Part shown: positions 1 to 13,207 of the stretch, piece after piece
Position numbering within the stretch: position 1 is the stretch's first letter
How the letters are laid out: each line of letters starts with the position of its first letter
DNA from: Takakia lepidozioides
Lineage: Eukaryota > Plantae > Bryophyta
Direction of reading: 5' to 3'
NCBI GenBank assembly: GCA_030704615.1
Contig: CM060733.1
Location: 58,280,001-58,344,000, forward strand
Length of the DNA stretch: 64,000 nt
Program-made: the position numbers and the translations under genes
Notes under the pieces: generated by a model
Seen by the model: only the letters and a program-made list of their open reading frames with translations
Databases searched by the model: none
What the model was told of the DNA's origin: nothing

Positions 1-594
1 CACCTCTCAATGTTAACCCTAAGATCAGTATCCAACGTTACAACTCATAGCACCTAAACATACATGTCAATAGAATCAAACAGTGTTATGTGAGTATCAT
101 CTATATAACACAGTATATCGTACATATGTCATATGGCTTAGGAGTAGAAGTACAATTGTGATGGATATGGAATGATAACATAATATCGTATATTATAGGA
201 ATGAAGTTATTTTTTTTTTAAGGAATTATTTGAGACAAAAATATATTATAGATTGGAAATTGAAAACTAACATATATACCAAAAAGTTTTTTTAAAAAAT
301 CAAATCTTAGTTTACTAATATTTAGATTGTAATTTATACATCAGAAATTTATCCTTTATTTAGAAGGATAAGATACATGAAAAACTAAAAAACTGATTTA
401 AGGGTTGTCCGAATGATTCATAAGTTAGGTGGAAACAAGTGGCACGTCGTCGCGTAATGGCTCCTCCCCTAGTAGATGAAATATATTGATAGCAAGGAAT
501 ATACTTAGGTAATTTGAAACAAAAAATAAATATGTATTCGTGGGTCCGTCCAAGCAAATATTAGATATGTTATATTGGATATTGGGCGTGCATA

Positions 595-3494
595 TTGCCA
601 GAACATCGACCTTATGATTGTGCAATTGAGTTACAAGAAAGAGCCCAACCACCATGCGGCCCAATCTATAACTTATCCCAGACGGAGTTGGCTGCGTTAC
701 ATGAATACATTGATAAAAATTTGTCGAAGCACTTCATCCGACATTCAAAATCACCCGCGAGGACGTCTATCTTGTTTCTAAAAAAGAATGATGGATCATT
801 ACACATGTGTGTCAACTATCGCGGTCTCAACAAAGTCACAATCAAGAATCATTATCCGTTGCCGCTGATTTCTGGGCTTCTCGACCAGCTGGGACGAGCA
901 AAGATTTTCACCAAAATCGACTTGAGATGAGCTTATAATCTTGTATGGATAAAAGAAGGAGACGAATGGAAAACAGCTTTCCGAACAAGGTATGGACATT
1001 TTGAATACAGTGTTATGCCTTTCGGACTTACAAATGCTCCAGCAATTTTCCAACATATGATGAATGACATCTTTCGAGAATTTTTAGATGACTACAAAGT
1101 CATCTATTTGGACGATATTTTGATATTTTCACAGAATGAAGAAGAACATGGCCGCCATGTACACCTTTTCCTTGATAAATTAAGAGAAAAATGACTAAAT
1201 GTCAAGTTGGAGAAATGTCTTTTCCATCAATCTGAGGTCGAATTTCTGGGCTACATTATTTCCGACAAATGCTTCTTTATGGATCAGAAGAAAATACAAA
1301 CCATCATCGAGTGGATTAAACCAACTTCGGTCTGAGATGTACAATGTTTTCTGGGCTTTGCAAATTTCTATAGAATCTTTATCAATGACTACTCCAAAAT
1401 TGCTGCACCATTGACACGACTCACAGAGAATGACAAAATTTGTATGGGACGAGAAGGCTGAACAGACATTTGAAAGGTTGAAGCAGACATATACAATGGC
1501 TCCCATACTGGTACATGCAAACCCATCTAAACCATTCTTCTTAGAAGCAGATACATCGGACTTTACACTTGGCGCGGTACTCTCTCAATACGGTACAGAT
1601 GGCCGACTCCACCCTGTTGGTTTTCGTTCTCGCAAATTTTCCGCTGCGGAGATTAATTATGAAATCCATGACAAATAACTTCTAGCGATTATCGATGCTT
1701 TTGAGGAGTGGTTACATCTATTGGAGGGAGCTAAACATCAGGTCACTGTCTATACTGATCACAAAAACCTCGAATATTTTATGAGTGCTCGTGTTTTGAA
1801 TCGACATCAAGCGAGATGGAGTATGTCACTAGCAATGTTTGATTTTGTTATTACCTACCGTCCCGGACATCTTCAAGGAAAACCAGATGCTCTCTCTCGA
1901 CGATCGTATCTTACGCCAAAAGAAGGGGATGCAGCTTTTGACCAACAAAAATCCATCATCCTGAAACCAGCAAATGCTATTCATGTCCACCTGTGACGAT
2001 GCAGAGATCATAAATGAGATTTAGGAAGCACTGAAGAACAACCATTTTGTTACGACATTACGAAGTCAACTAAATCAACCTCGAGACAACCCACATGTTA
2101 CAAACGACTTCGAATTCAAAGATGACTTACTTTACTTCAAGAGACTTTTTTATGGACCTCCAAGACCTACACGACTTTGAATTCTTCAAACATGTCATGA
2201 TCTTCCGACTGTAGGACATTTCGGCTTCAACAAAACATTGGAGTTAATATCCAGGGATTATTGGTGGCCGCAGATGTGGAAACTCGTGAAAGAAATTATA
2301 AAATCTTGCGACACGTGTGCTAGAGCGAATGGACCACGAGATTGACCTTACGGCCTTATTCAACCATTACCCATTCCCAAGGGTCCATGGTCGTCCGTGT
2401 CTATGGATTTATGACGGACCTTCCAATTTCCAAGACCACCGATTCAATCCTTGTTATTGTAGATCGTTTTACGAAGATGACACATTTCATTCTATGTAAT
2501 AAGACAGTTACCAGCGAGGAAACTGCAAGACTCTTCCTCAATAATATCTACCGCATTCATGGACTATGAAGGACATCGTATCTGATCGAGGACCACATTC
2601 CATATCAAATTTCTAGAGGGGATTATTTCACATATTGGATATTAAGATCAACCTCTCTACAGCTAATCATCCACAGACTGATGGTCAAACCGAACGTGTA
2701 AACCAGACTTTGAAGTAGTATCTTCGCTGTACGATAAATTATCACCAAGATAATTGGACGGACCTTCTGTCATTGGCTGAGTTTGCCTACAACAACACTA
2801 TATATTCTTCGACCAAACAAACTCCATTTTTCTCCAATTATGGTCATCATCCTTGAGCAAACCCTTTCCACATGAAAACTGTTGGAAGCCCTGCTGTAGA
2901 AAACCTTGCTAGTCATCTTGCTACGATTCACAAGGAGCTTACATCCCACCTCGCAGAAGCTCAAAAACAATACAAGGACTATGCAGATCAACGTCGTCAA
3001 CTCCAACCCCAGTTCAAGGTCGGAGATCGTGTGTGGCTTCTTCCACGGGACATACAAACCTCGCAACCATCAAAGAAGTTGGATTATCAATGCCTGGGAC
3101 CATTCAAAATTATTCGACAAATAAATTCGGTCAGTTTTCGGCTTGAACTCCCACGAAGTATGCGCATCCATTCAGTCTTTCATGTTTCACTATTGCAGTT
3201 GTATCATCCATCGAATATTATAGGGAGAGTTTCCGTCCATCTCCACTAATCGAAGTCAATCATGAAATTGAGTATGAAGTCGACGAAGTCCTAGACTCTC
3301 GCATCAAGTATAAACGTCTTGAATATTTCGTACATTGAAAAAGCTACGACATCAGCGAACGAACGTGGGAACCTTCATCCAACCTCGTCAATGCCTCTGA
3401 CAAAGTCCAAGAGTTTCATCAACGATATCCAGCTAAGCCCCAAGCTACACGTCAATGGGACGTCACAACGATGATGTCAGTCAAGCTAGCTTAA
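595..3494 (+). mobile_element. Ty3/gypsy chromovirus (Tcn1-like) pol pseudogene: RT, RNase H, integrase, chromodomain; 5' part (gag/protease/5' LTR) absent from the window
   Basis: Motifs [61 protein letters not shown] (RT); EADTSDFTLGAVLSQ..AEINYEIHDK, TDHKNL (RNase H); LVIVDRFTKMTHF, HPQTDGQTERVNQ (integrase); EYEVDEVLDSR..TWEPSSNL (chromodomain, ~3270-3440). Many stops and frameshifts. Confidence 0.95.
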
Positions 3495-4061
3495 AGGAGA
3501 AGACTCCATATTCAATGTACCTGATACACGTTAAGGAGGGAGGAGCACCACACATCAGTATATATAGCTACACTTCCAGCACTCTTGCATCTTGTATTGA
3601 CAGCATGAAGTCACAAGAACCAGATACATTGGAGTTGTCGCTTACCCAACTATCAGATCAGCCGTTCCGACTCTCATGACCTTCAACATCACGCCGACGC
3701 TCTCGAGACGATGGGCCACCAATGCGACGCGTACTTCCTCGTCTGGACCCCGTACTACGGCAAGTGGAGCATACTCAAAGTCTGATAATTCTGTTGGAGG
3801 TTGAGGCTTCGGATCCAGAGGGCAACGAAATCATGTTTGAAGGCAGCTTCGAAAATCAGAATGCTCAAATTACTACGTGGTCCCAAGTTCAAGGTGTTGG
3901 ACACTATCTACGGTTACAGGGACCTATAAATCATTTGAGTCAAGAACGAAGAGCCGAATACTTGGCAAGTACCATTCGTCGGATTTTGGATTTTCTCCAA
4001 CTCTAAGCAAGTCCAAGATTTTACCGCTCCTCGAGGAACTCGGCGCTAGAGGAGGGGGTGA

Positions 4062-4682
4062 TGTCACGGACATAGACCAGAGGAACTTACCAGGAATAAA
4101 TACAAGAAGTGATTGAGTTACCATATTACCGAAAATTACCATGACTTATCATGATTTACCATGATTTATCATTACTTACCAAGTTATCGAGAGTTTACCA
4201 AATTACCAAGAGTAACTTGGGAAACTACTCAGGAAGCTTTCCTTTGGAGGAAACTTCTCCATCAAGATACCTCCTTTGTTTAAGGAAGCTTCTCTATCAA
4301 GAAACTTTTGTTTAATCTTGGAAACTTCTCCAGCAAGAAACCTCCATAGAGGAAGCTTCTTGGGGAAGCTTCTTAGTAGCCAGTATATATAGGAGGCGAG
4401 ACTGGACACTCTTCAGTCTCGCCAACACAAGTTCAAGCTACTCTTGTTCCAAGTCCAATACTCCGGTCCAGCTTCCAGTATCTGGTATTCCAGTCCAGTT
4501 TCCAGCATTCCAGTATCTGAGTCGAGTTCCAGTATTTTGTACTCTTGTCCATTGTTATAAAGATCATCTTGATTCATGTTCACCTACCATGCATTCGGCC
4601 ACGCCGACCTTGACTTCTTGTCTAGTATTGTACCTCTAGTCTGATCTCTTGTTTGTGTTCTGTCATGTTCTCGTCATTGACA
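4062..4682 (+). repeat. 3' LTR of the gypsy element (621 bp), preceded by a polypurine tract
   Basis: PPT AGAGGAGGGGGTGA at 4048-4061 is followed directly by TGTCA; the LTR ends in TGACA at 4682. TATA-like TATATATAGG near 4384; short internal tandem motifs (TTACCATGAT, GGAAGCTTCT). The next 5 bp, GATAC, would be the TSD. Confidence 0.85.
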
Positions 4683-5589
4683 GATACATAAAAAAAAATG
4701 AACCTTATCAGGTTTATTTTGTCTATCATATACTCTACTCATCAAATTGTGGAAAAATTCACCATAAATCATGAGAGATTTTAGTGTTTTAGTGAGAGGG
4801 TTTTTTTTTTAGATTTTGTAAAGTATAGAATTTGAGCTTTGACCAAATTATTTAGGTGATGGGTGGATTTTTCCTGCTCCCGTCTCTCACATAGAAATGT
4901 GGTATGTTGTCATAGTTAATTACTGTGGAAATTTCAAATCAAATAACCTTTATTTTTATTAGGGTCATTTGTATGTGTATGAGTTGAGGGCAAAATGTCC
5001 TCCATAGCTTATAATTCAAAGTGAGCCCTCACAAGAAATCCACTCATTGATAAAAAGATGTTTTTCTCAATCGCTATGGCGAGGGTGTGACATGTAATAC
5101 AATAGTGAGCCTGGAAAAAAAAAAACTAGATCCAATGGTACAATCTACAAATGTGGGCCCCTGAGTGGGCCAAGTTACTTTCCTGCCCATATGCATGCAA
5201 ATTACCTACTCCGGTAGAGGTTTCCGACGACTGTTGAAGGGTCACGTAGACTTTCAACCTCCATGGCGGGTGGATAGGGTGTGTAGTCCACCGCCGACAT
5301 GCATATGACAATTTGACAGCTAAACGTGTGCCAATTATATCTCGCCACGTAGATGGTCAACTCTGCGTGGCCCATCCCCATGCTCCAATATTATGACCCC
5401 TGTGTTTTCTTGGAAAATTACAGGTCAGAGAATTTATTGGAATGTACTGTTTTCAATCAGAGAAGGTGGGCCATATTGTCATAATATAAATTGTAGTTGA
5501 AACCATTGAAAAATATTAAGATCTGCGAAAAGTACAGAAGAAAATCTACTTCCTCAAAACCTGAATCGGGTCTCTTGGGCCCTTAAGGG
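4683..5589 (+). mobile_element. piggyBac-like non-autonomous element, diverged copy interrupted near its left end by the gypsy insertion
   Basis: Ends ...CCTTAAGGG|TTAA (TTAA at 5590-5593). Colinear similarity to 61733-62540 at both ends, e.g. TGAACCTTA..AAATTCACC and GGTGGGCCAT..ATCTGC.AAA..TACA. Confidence 0.65.
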
Positions 5590-6174
5590 TTAAAATTTCA
5601 ATATTAATGAAATAATGATCAAATATACAATTTGATAAGAGGTTTTTTTACAAAAGAAGATCATATTCTTTAGATGTTTTGTTGTGAACAATATATAAAA
5701 AATGAACTAATGCAAAAATTTAATGATTTCAATGTAAAGTAATTCAATATAATGAATTATAAAAATTGATGAAATCAATCACTTCATATACAATGGAAGT
5801 ATTTTTTATTATTTCAAATATAAATTTGATATTAATATCATTTATATATATTATACAGAGATATATATGGATATATATATATATTTAACATCTACTCTTC
5901 AAAAATAATAAAAATGTAATTATTTATTTTAATTATAAATTTCTTTATTTTATATTTTGTTTTATTTATTATTATTTATTTTATATTATCATTTCAAATG
6001 TACATTTATCTTGAATAAATAAACCTTGAGAATTTTACCGTGAGATTTATATTGAATAATAAGCTTGAACAATTTTTTTTAAATAAATATAAGAGGTTTC
6101 AGTAGGATAAATCATAATATTTTATGAATTTTATTTTTTTGATAATTTTAATATGTATACAATGGATATAATCA

Positions 6175-6285
6175 GATAATAATAAATTATCAAACAACAA
6201 AATAAGTGATCCGTGATTATGACCATGTCTAATCATTCTCAAACGTGAGATCACTTATTTTGTTGTTTGATAATTTATCATTATC
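6175..6285. repeat. 37-bp inverted repeat (hairpin) with a 37-bp spacer
   Basis: GATAATAATAAATTATCAAACAACAAAATAAGTGATC (6175-6211) versus its reverse complement at 6249-6285, one mismatch. Confidence 0.85.
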
Positions 6286-6841
6286 ACGTTATTTTGTGTG
6301 AAACGTTTTCAATCATTCTCACTTCACAGACCCCCTTCCCCTTTCATATTTATGTACACTGCCAAGTGCAGAAGCTCATGAATTCAATGCTTAAATAGAT
6401 CGAACAAGACAAAGATACTCAACTATCTCAATTTCTTAAAAATAATACTTGTTGACTATGTAATATATGTCAAAGATAATCGATAGTCTCACGTACACCC
6501 CTTCAAATCTGTGAAAAAAAAACAGACAGATAAAAACTCAAACAAACATAAACAACTTTTTGAAAATACCTCGTGTACCGAAAAATCTCATTCCCGAATC
6601 TCTATCCATTGATACTCCTTCAGATAAGCCTGGTCGTCCTACAGATGGAAAGAAGAGAAAGCAATATGCTATGAAGCAAAATTTCATAAAAACCAATATG
6701 AAGATCTAATCAGATGTAGATAAGAGAAAGAGGGTGTATGAGAACAAAGCTCGTTCTAGGTTCAAGTTGAAAGCGGAGCGAATGTGAGAAATTGCACATG
6801 ACGGTTTTATAGACATAAAGAGCAAGTAGAAATGAACACCG

Positions 6842-8300
6842 TTGTTGGCAACTTGGTTCGAAACAGATATGTATGAGCACTTTGACATTCGCAAATGGGG
6901 AAGATGTGATTTATCTCTCAAGACCTTCGATGATGTTGTGGGTGCCAATGCGACCAGTAAAGTGATCAGGAAAAAATTTGCACAATACAAACCAATTTGG
7001 AGTTACAAATATGATTGCAATATTCAAAATATTGGACAAGATATATTTATTCATCTCATTTTTTTTTGTACCGTTTGATCGTTAAGTACACGCTTTGGCA
7101 CGAATAGGATCTACGAATCTGTACTTCTCCATCTGTGTATCGACAAACTCCTTGACAAACTCCGTCTTCGTCCATGTTAACTCCTCCGATATGTAGTCAT
7201 AAGGGTTTGTTGGAAATTGAAAGATTTGTTGAGAACACATCTACAATACAAATAAATCATTTATTTTATACAATCAATAGCAAAGATGGAATAGTACTTT
7301 AGTTTATAATTTTCTTGCTCATTATATGTTAGCAAGACAGATATCACATCTTTTTGCAATTTGCGGCGAGACACCTCCCAGTAATTCTTGTCATCTGTAC
7401 ACACTATTTTCAATCGTGTCAAATCATGTTTGTAACCTCTAACAAGTTTGTAATATGCAAGTTTTTTTCTGACCATTTTACCATTGTGATTAGACCATTC
7501 ACTTATAGGTGTGATAGAGTTGTTTTATTGCGACCAAAATGCCACATCACACATTGGGGGGTATTGTAGATCTAGATCATGGTTTTGAAATATTATCATC
7601 TATAGTGTCGTGGCATTTGGAAGAGCCTGCGACATTGTTGACCTTGACCATACGAAATGACAAAAAGTTCATAAGCTTGTCCATACTACACATTCTAGTG
7701 AAGTGAACATCTTCAAATATCCATGTTCCTCTTGGATTTGGAACAAAGCGTAAACTGCTCATATTTCGAAAGTTTTTGCTACGACGGAAGACAAGAAGAA
7801 GGTGATGTTGTTCATCCGAATACCATCCGTTGATTCTCGAAGACACACTCTGTTCAAGACACACTCTGTTCTTCAATCTATGAACAACGAAAGATTCGAA
7901 GATGTTATTTGGTCTAAACAAAAGCTGATGACAGCTTCATCGGATTATTGGTCACCGCCACAGCAAGATTAGGGCCTAGCCCTTGCCTCAAAATTACCGT
8001 GCAACATCTCAGCTCAAAAAGACAAATCAGAAGAAGGCAAGAATGAACTCCTGACCCCAAATCGTTAACATGGACATTCCAATACTTAAATTTGGCATCA
8101 GAAATCCAAGTAGAATCCAAAAGAAACACTTGAAGCTCTTGAGCATCGACTTGTAAATTTCGCAAAGATGTCGGAATTTTACAATGGTGTCGCAACGTTG
8201 AGGCATTCGTGTTTTTGTTCTATGAACAACAGTCTCCCATCCAGGACAACAATTTTTAACCCATGTCATGAATTCATGACAACAATCATGCAACCGCAAA
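6842..8300. other. Unidentified coding-like remnants: two convergent, related ORF fragments, probably TE cargo
   Basis: The + strand peptide VIRKKFAQYKPIWSYKYD (~6960-7015) resembles the - strand peptide MVRKKLAYYKLVRGYKHD (~7476-7423). Further - strand ORF pieces lie at 7577-8299, plus an exon-like piece at 7083-7241. No family recognised. Confidence 0.35.
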
Positions 8301-8490
8301 TAATATTAGACGACTGCCATGAATTCATGCAACAATCATGCAACCGCCAATATTGGTAGTCGCACACATTTTTAAGAAAATGAATTGTTCAATTTCTAAA
8401 ACAAATGCGTTCGACTGCCAATATGGACGATCACGCGTATTTAAAAAAATTGAAAAAATATACAAGTACCAATATTGACGGTCGTACGTA
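8267..8490. repeat. Short array of degenerate TGCGACCGCCAATATTGGCGGTCGCA palindromes (same family as 34115-35470)
   Basis: About 4 copies, e.g. TGCAACCGCCAATATTGGTAGTCGCA at 8339, separated by A/T-rich spacers. Confidence 0.75.
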
Positions 8491-8923
8491 TTAAGTGAAT
8501 ATCATAAATATGAATCATATGATCATATATTGATGATAAAATTAATATATTGATGCATATTTGATAAATATCGTATATCAATATAGTGATGTGAAATTCA
8601 CTTAAGTGTAATGTCACTATATTTGTCTTAATGGTAAAAATACTTATATGTTTTTAGTATAAAATTTAATTTAATTAAAAAATTAGTTTGGTTATCAATA
8701 TATGTATTTTCAAATAATTTTTTAATATTTATGGTGTAAATAATGATTTAACCCCTAAACATTGAGTGACATTTAAAAGTTTTTTCAAAATTGGTACTCA
8801 TGTAGTAATAAAAGTCATGTAATTTAACAAAAAATAAAATCTGAAAAAATCAGCTAGATACAATCTGCCCATCTCACGCCACGTAAGACAAGCTCATTTT
8901 CAAGCTAATCAGATAACATCTAA

Positions 8924-11349
8924 GAGCATCTCCATTAGGGTACACCAAGAGCCACACCAATGGTAACTTGTCATACCGGTGCTCGACAGTGTCCTTCGGC
9001 GACCCCAACCCACGACTCCATATGATATATATTAAGCAGGCCTCGACAAAAATCATCGTTCTGCCCTCCACTTATGATAGAGGGAGCCAGAGCATGGCCA
9101 GTAAGTACCGTCGGTGACGTTTGGGCAGCTTGACAAAAGAATCTATGGCGTCAGCTGCAGCTCCAGAAACCTGTTCAACTGCACCGAGAGGGAAGAAGGG
9201 AAAGAAATTTGGGGTCGATGAAGAACGACAACTTTGGTGCTCTTTTCTAGGATCCAGTGCTAGGGAATAGACAAAAAACACAACATTATGGTATATGGTA
9301 CAATGGTACTACAACAACAATTCACTTGCTTGTGGTGTGGAGAGACCGGTCAGGTCGTTGGAAATCAAGTGGGGAATTATCAAACTCGACGTCGCAGAAT
9401 TCGTGGATTACTACCAAGCTGTTGTCGCTTTGTGTAAATCTGGAACATACTGAAGACACCTTAGATATAGCTCTTAAATTATACAAGTCGAAGCACCCAA
9501 GAGCCTATAGCTTCACCTTCATACAATATTGTTGGCTGGTTTTGAAGGATGTGCCTCGTTGGGCTGATACGCGAAAGGTGGTCAAGAAAACACCACCCAT
9601 AAAGTGTAAAACTTGTAGTGCTACTGCTGACCTTGACACGGGTGAGGTGAAAATTCTAGATGCATATAATTTCAACTCTATCATTGCACCAAAGATGCCA
9701 CATGGATCAAAATCTGCCAAAGAGTTTAAAAAAATACAGAACTCAAAGGAGCATGCAATGATGGCTCAGACAATGGCAACTGCAGACATGACAGCTGCAA
9801 CTCTGAAAAAGGCTATTATCCTAGAAGACTAAAGCACCATAACACTTTTCACAATGCCGGAGGAACAGCTGGTCATGTCTGAAGAAACCAAAGAATACTT
9901 CAAATTGCGCAGATCTAATAAGCTCCAAAAGTTGAAAGCTCGGCTCATGATCAGACACAAGAGACAAACATTACAGTCTAGAGAGCATAGATTTCAAAGA
10001 TAGAAGATAGTTCAGGAAGATATCGGAACGAATTAGACCATTTCATGAAGTTGACCATTCAAGGCAACTTGACCATGCTTTACAAGATGACCACTTGTAT
10101 CTTGTTAACTCTATCAATTCAAGTGTGTGATATGTCTTTCGAAAGATAGCTTGTTTAACTCATGATTGCAATTTTTATTAAGCTGTTTGATCCCAAAACT
10201 TGACCTCATTCCCTTCAACTTGTTTGAGCTTACTGAAATTTTGGTCTCTTGTTTTTTGTGATTTCCATTCATGATACTGTATGATATATCCTTAGAAATA
10301 TGTCTTGATTATCTACTTTTTTTTCAAGTTTCATTACAATCTAGTTGACAGCAATGTGGTAGGTCCCAAAATTTGACCTCATTCCATTTCATCTTGTTTG
10401 TTTGTGGCAATTTGAGCTTGCTTGACATTTTGGTCTCTTGGTTTTTGTGATCTCAACTCATGGTAGTGTATGATATGTCATTGGAAAGGTGTTTTGATTA
10501 TCCAACTTTTTTTTTAAGTTGCATTGCAATCCAAGTTGATATCAATCTGGTAGGTCCCAAAATTTGACCCTGAAAAATTTCATCTTGTTTATTTTATCAA
10601 ATAGCATATTGGAAAACACCCTTGTGAGCATGTATGCCAGATGCAGGAGCATGAAGGATTCGATTTTATAATTTATTAAATATTTATTTAATTTAAGATG
10701 ACTAATTTAGATATTAAATTATATTAAATTAATATTTTGTGGCAGTTTGACCTCACTTGACATTTTGGTCTCTTGGTTTTATTGATCTCAACTCATGGTA
10801 ATGTATTATATGTCATTGAAAATGTGTCTTGATTATATAACTTTATTTTCAAGTTGCATTGCAATCCAAATTAATGATGTCAATCTGGTATGTTCCAAAA
10901 TATGATCCCAGGGATTTCATCTTGTCTTGCTTGACATTTTGGTTTTTGTGCTTTCAACTCATGGTAGTATATGATATGTCATTGAAAATGTGACTTGATT
11001 ATCTAACTCCATAGCAATCCAAGTTGATGTCAATCTGATAGGTCTCAAATCTGACCCCAATCAAACAAATTTGCACCACGCCCTGCCCTAGATCCATCAT
11101 ATCTATTTTTTGGAGGACTTGAAGAATTGAATCCAAGTTCATTTACCAAAATATTACTAAACATCTTCTCACAATCGTCGTCTTCGAGTTCTTCTTGCAA
11201 GGTTACTTGAAGTTGCTGCCGTTATCGCTACATCTCCATCAAGAGCATGATTTTGAGCACCAGCGCTGTGTAGGCTCTAGTTTAACGGGAACGGCTGACT
11301 GTCACAGCACAATCGTAGAGCTATTTACAGGCCAAAGTTGGAGATGCGA
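8924..11349. mobile_element. PIF/Harbinger deletion derivative: Myb/NAM-associated ORF1 (+) and N-terminal transposase remnant (-)
   Basis: TAA|GAGCATCTCCA ... TGGAGATGCGA|TAA (TIR 9/11, TAA TSD). ORF1 from ATG 9145: KKFGVDEERQL..RSLEIKWGIIK..FTFIQYCWLVLKDVPRW. The - strand at ~11200-11065 reads ..RYDGSRAGRGANL, the GGSxxGR start of Harbinger transposases. Confidence 0.8.
10190..11060. repeat. Tandem repeat, about 5 diverged units of ~150-190 bp, inside the Harbinger element
   Basis: Recurrent CCCAAAATTTGACC..GACATTTTGGTCTCTTG..CAACTCATGGTAGTGTATGATATGTCATTG..CTTGATTATC units starting near 10191, 10365, 10555, 10893 and 11043. Confidence 0.85.
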
Positions 11350-12958
11350 TAAGGAATTGCCGTTATTGCATATGAGACCCAATTTTACATTTCCTAGAAT
11401 GTTCTGGAAATTTAGCTTGATTTTTTAAAGTTTTACATTTACACAATGTAATCCATTGTGTTCCACACCTACGCATATGTATGAAATTGTTTATCCATGA
11501 GTTGTTGACACTTGGTCAAATGATAGACCCCACTTCATCTAACAACGATGGTACGTCGTGAATCCAAATCGTGAGCCTATGAGCCCAGTTTCACATTTAA
11601 ATGATGTGGCATGAGCCTAGACTATTGTTTGTCATGTGACAATATATCAAGCTCACACCATGTCATAAGAGAAGAAAAGGTATCTATACCTATGGACAGC
11701 TTCTCCCATATATCCGTGGAACAAATTCAATATAGATTTTGATACCTTCAGATATGTTCGTACAATGTCTTGTGTTTATCGTGTTCTGTCTATTTGTCAA
11801 TCAGATTCTAATATGGAGGCTAGATTTAGTGCATGCATTGAGTGGTGAACAATCACAACTTGTTTCTAATCATAAAGAAGATTAGACAGAGTTGTGTAAA
11901 GAGCAAGGGAATCGCAATCCTTGATGATCGCAATTTCTGAAGCTCTTTCGCAGTTGGACCAAAAATAAATAAATAAATAAAAATAAAAATAAAATTGTTG
12001 ATGTTTGTTGTTTATTCATCTATTTGTATTTGGAGATTCTATGAAAGAGCAAACAAATTGCAACAATTTTTTAAGCTTTTCATCAGCTGGACCTAGAAAT
12101 ATATATATATATATATAATCTCGGCAGGTGGCATAGATAAACATATTTAAATTTCAGAAAAAAATAAAATCCCAAGAAATTATCTAGATTTTCTTGGTTG
12201 AAAGAGGTCAAAATGGGCCATTGGACATTTAAGAATTAAACTTTTGAAAATTATCATAGGACTTAACTCAAACTTTAGTATATAAAATTAATCTTTTATG
12301 TTAATAACATAAGTATGGGTAATTAAAAAACAATTTATTTAATAAACAATGGGCCTCCACGAAGCAGCTAATATTTTCTATAAATTTATATTTATATTAA
12401 AAAATAATTTGCATTCTTAGACATGATTTATACCACTCGCTAGGTATTGTGGAGGATTTAAAACCAATCACCCATAGCTGGTAGGTCAGTTGGATAGTGC
12501 ACTAATAAGCATTTAGGTGATTATGGACTGGACCTACCAAGCCACGTTAGCGGCGACGTGTCATGGCGACATGCTATATCCGATAGCAGGGGCTCCTCTC
12601 CAGCACTACCGGACATATCCGGTTTTTAGGGCAGTGAGCCAGTCAGTTTGTCCTTGTACCACCACCAGGGGATATAGCAGGGAGCTCGGACCTACAGAGT
12701 CGCGTAGGTAGTTAAAATCTAGTAGGTCGTAGAATACCACAATAGAGCACCCCTCCTCAAATCCAGTAGAAACATGCCACGTCAGCTCTAAAAAACGGTT
12801 ATGGACTCAAATCTTGTGACCACCATTGTGGGGTGTGTTATATTCTAGTGTTGTGTAGGTAGCGTTCTCTTTTAAGAACCCTCAGGTTCGGGATCGGGGT
12901 TTCTCTTGGAAACAAGTCCAGGTCTAGCTCCGGGTAGGTATTTGAAATTGAAAAAATA

Positions 12959-13045
12959 CCAACAGTCAGTAGCTCAGTTAGTTAAGTGCACTGAGTGCCA
13001 CCCAGATGATTCTGGGGTCAAATCTTGCTACTGACGGGTGTGGTA
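12959..13045 (+). mobile_element. tRNA-derived SINE head (3'-truncated copy of the 41638-41884 family)
   Basis: CCAACAGTCAGTAGCTCAGTTAGTTAAG..GGGGTCAAATCTTGCTACT..GACGGGTGTGGTA; closely matches the reverse complement of 41793-41882; A- and B-box-like motifs. Confidence 0.75.
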
Positions 13046-13207
13046 TACTCAGATATTTAGAAAATATCAGCAGATATCTAAGTTATTATCTGAGTTAAGT
13101 GAGCAGATATGTGCTCCTGGAGCCTTTGAAGGGTGAGGCTTGAAGAGCGAAGCAGAGAGCGCGGAATGTGAAGGTCCTTGTGAAAGTGTTTGAAGGGCGA
13201 TGAAGGC

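Noticed and set aside
13-24. Left end of the piggyBac-like element ending at 5589 (TTAACCCTAAG)
   Set aside because: Does not match the expected TTAACCCTTAAGGG, and the following sequence does not resemble the 61733 element.
441-473. Helitron 3' end (GC-rich stretch then CTAGT)
   Set aside because: The hairpin is too weak to support the call.
799-3066. Minus-strand ORFs over the gypsy pol
   Set aside because: Antisense shadows of the retroelement coding sequence.
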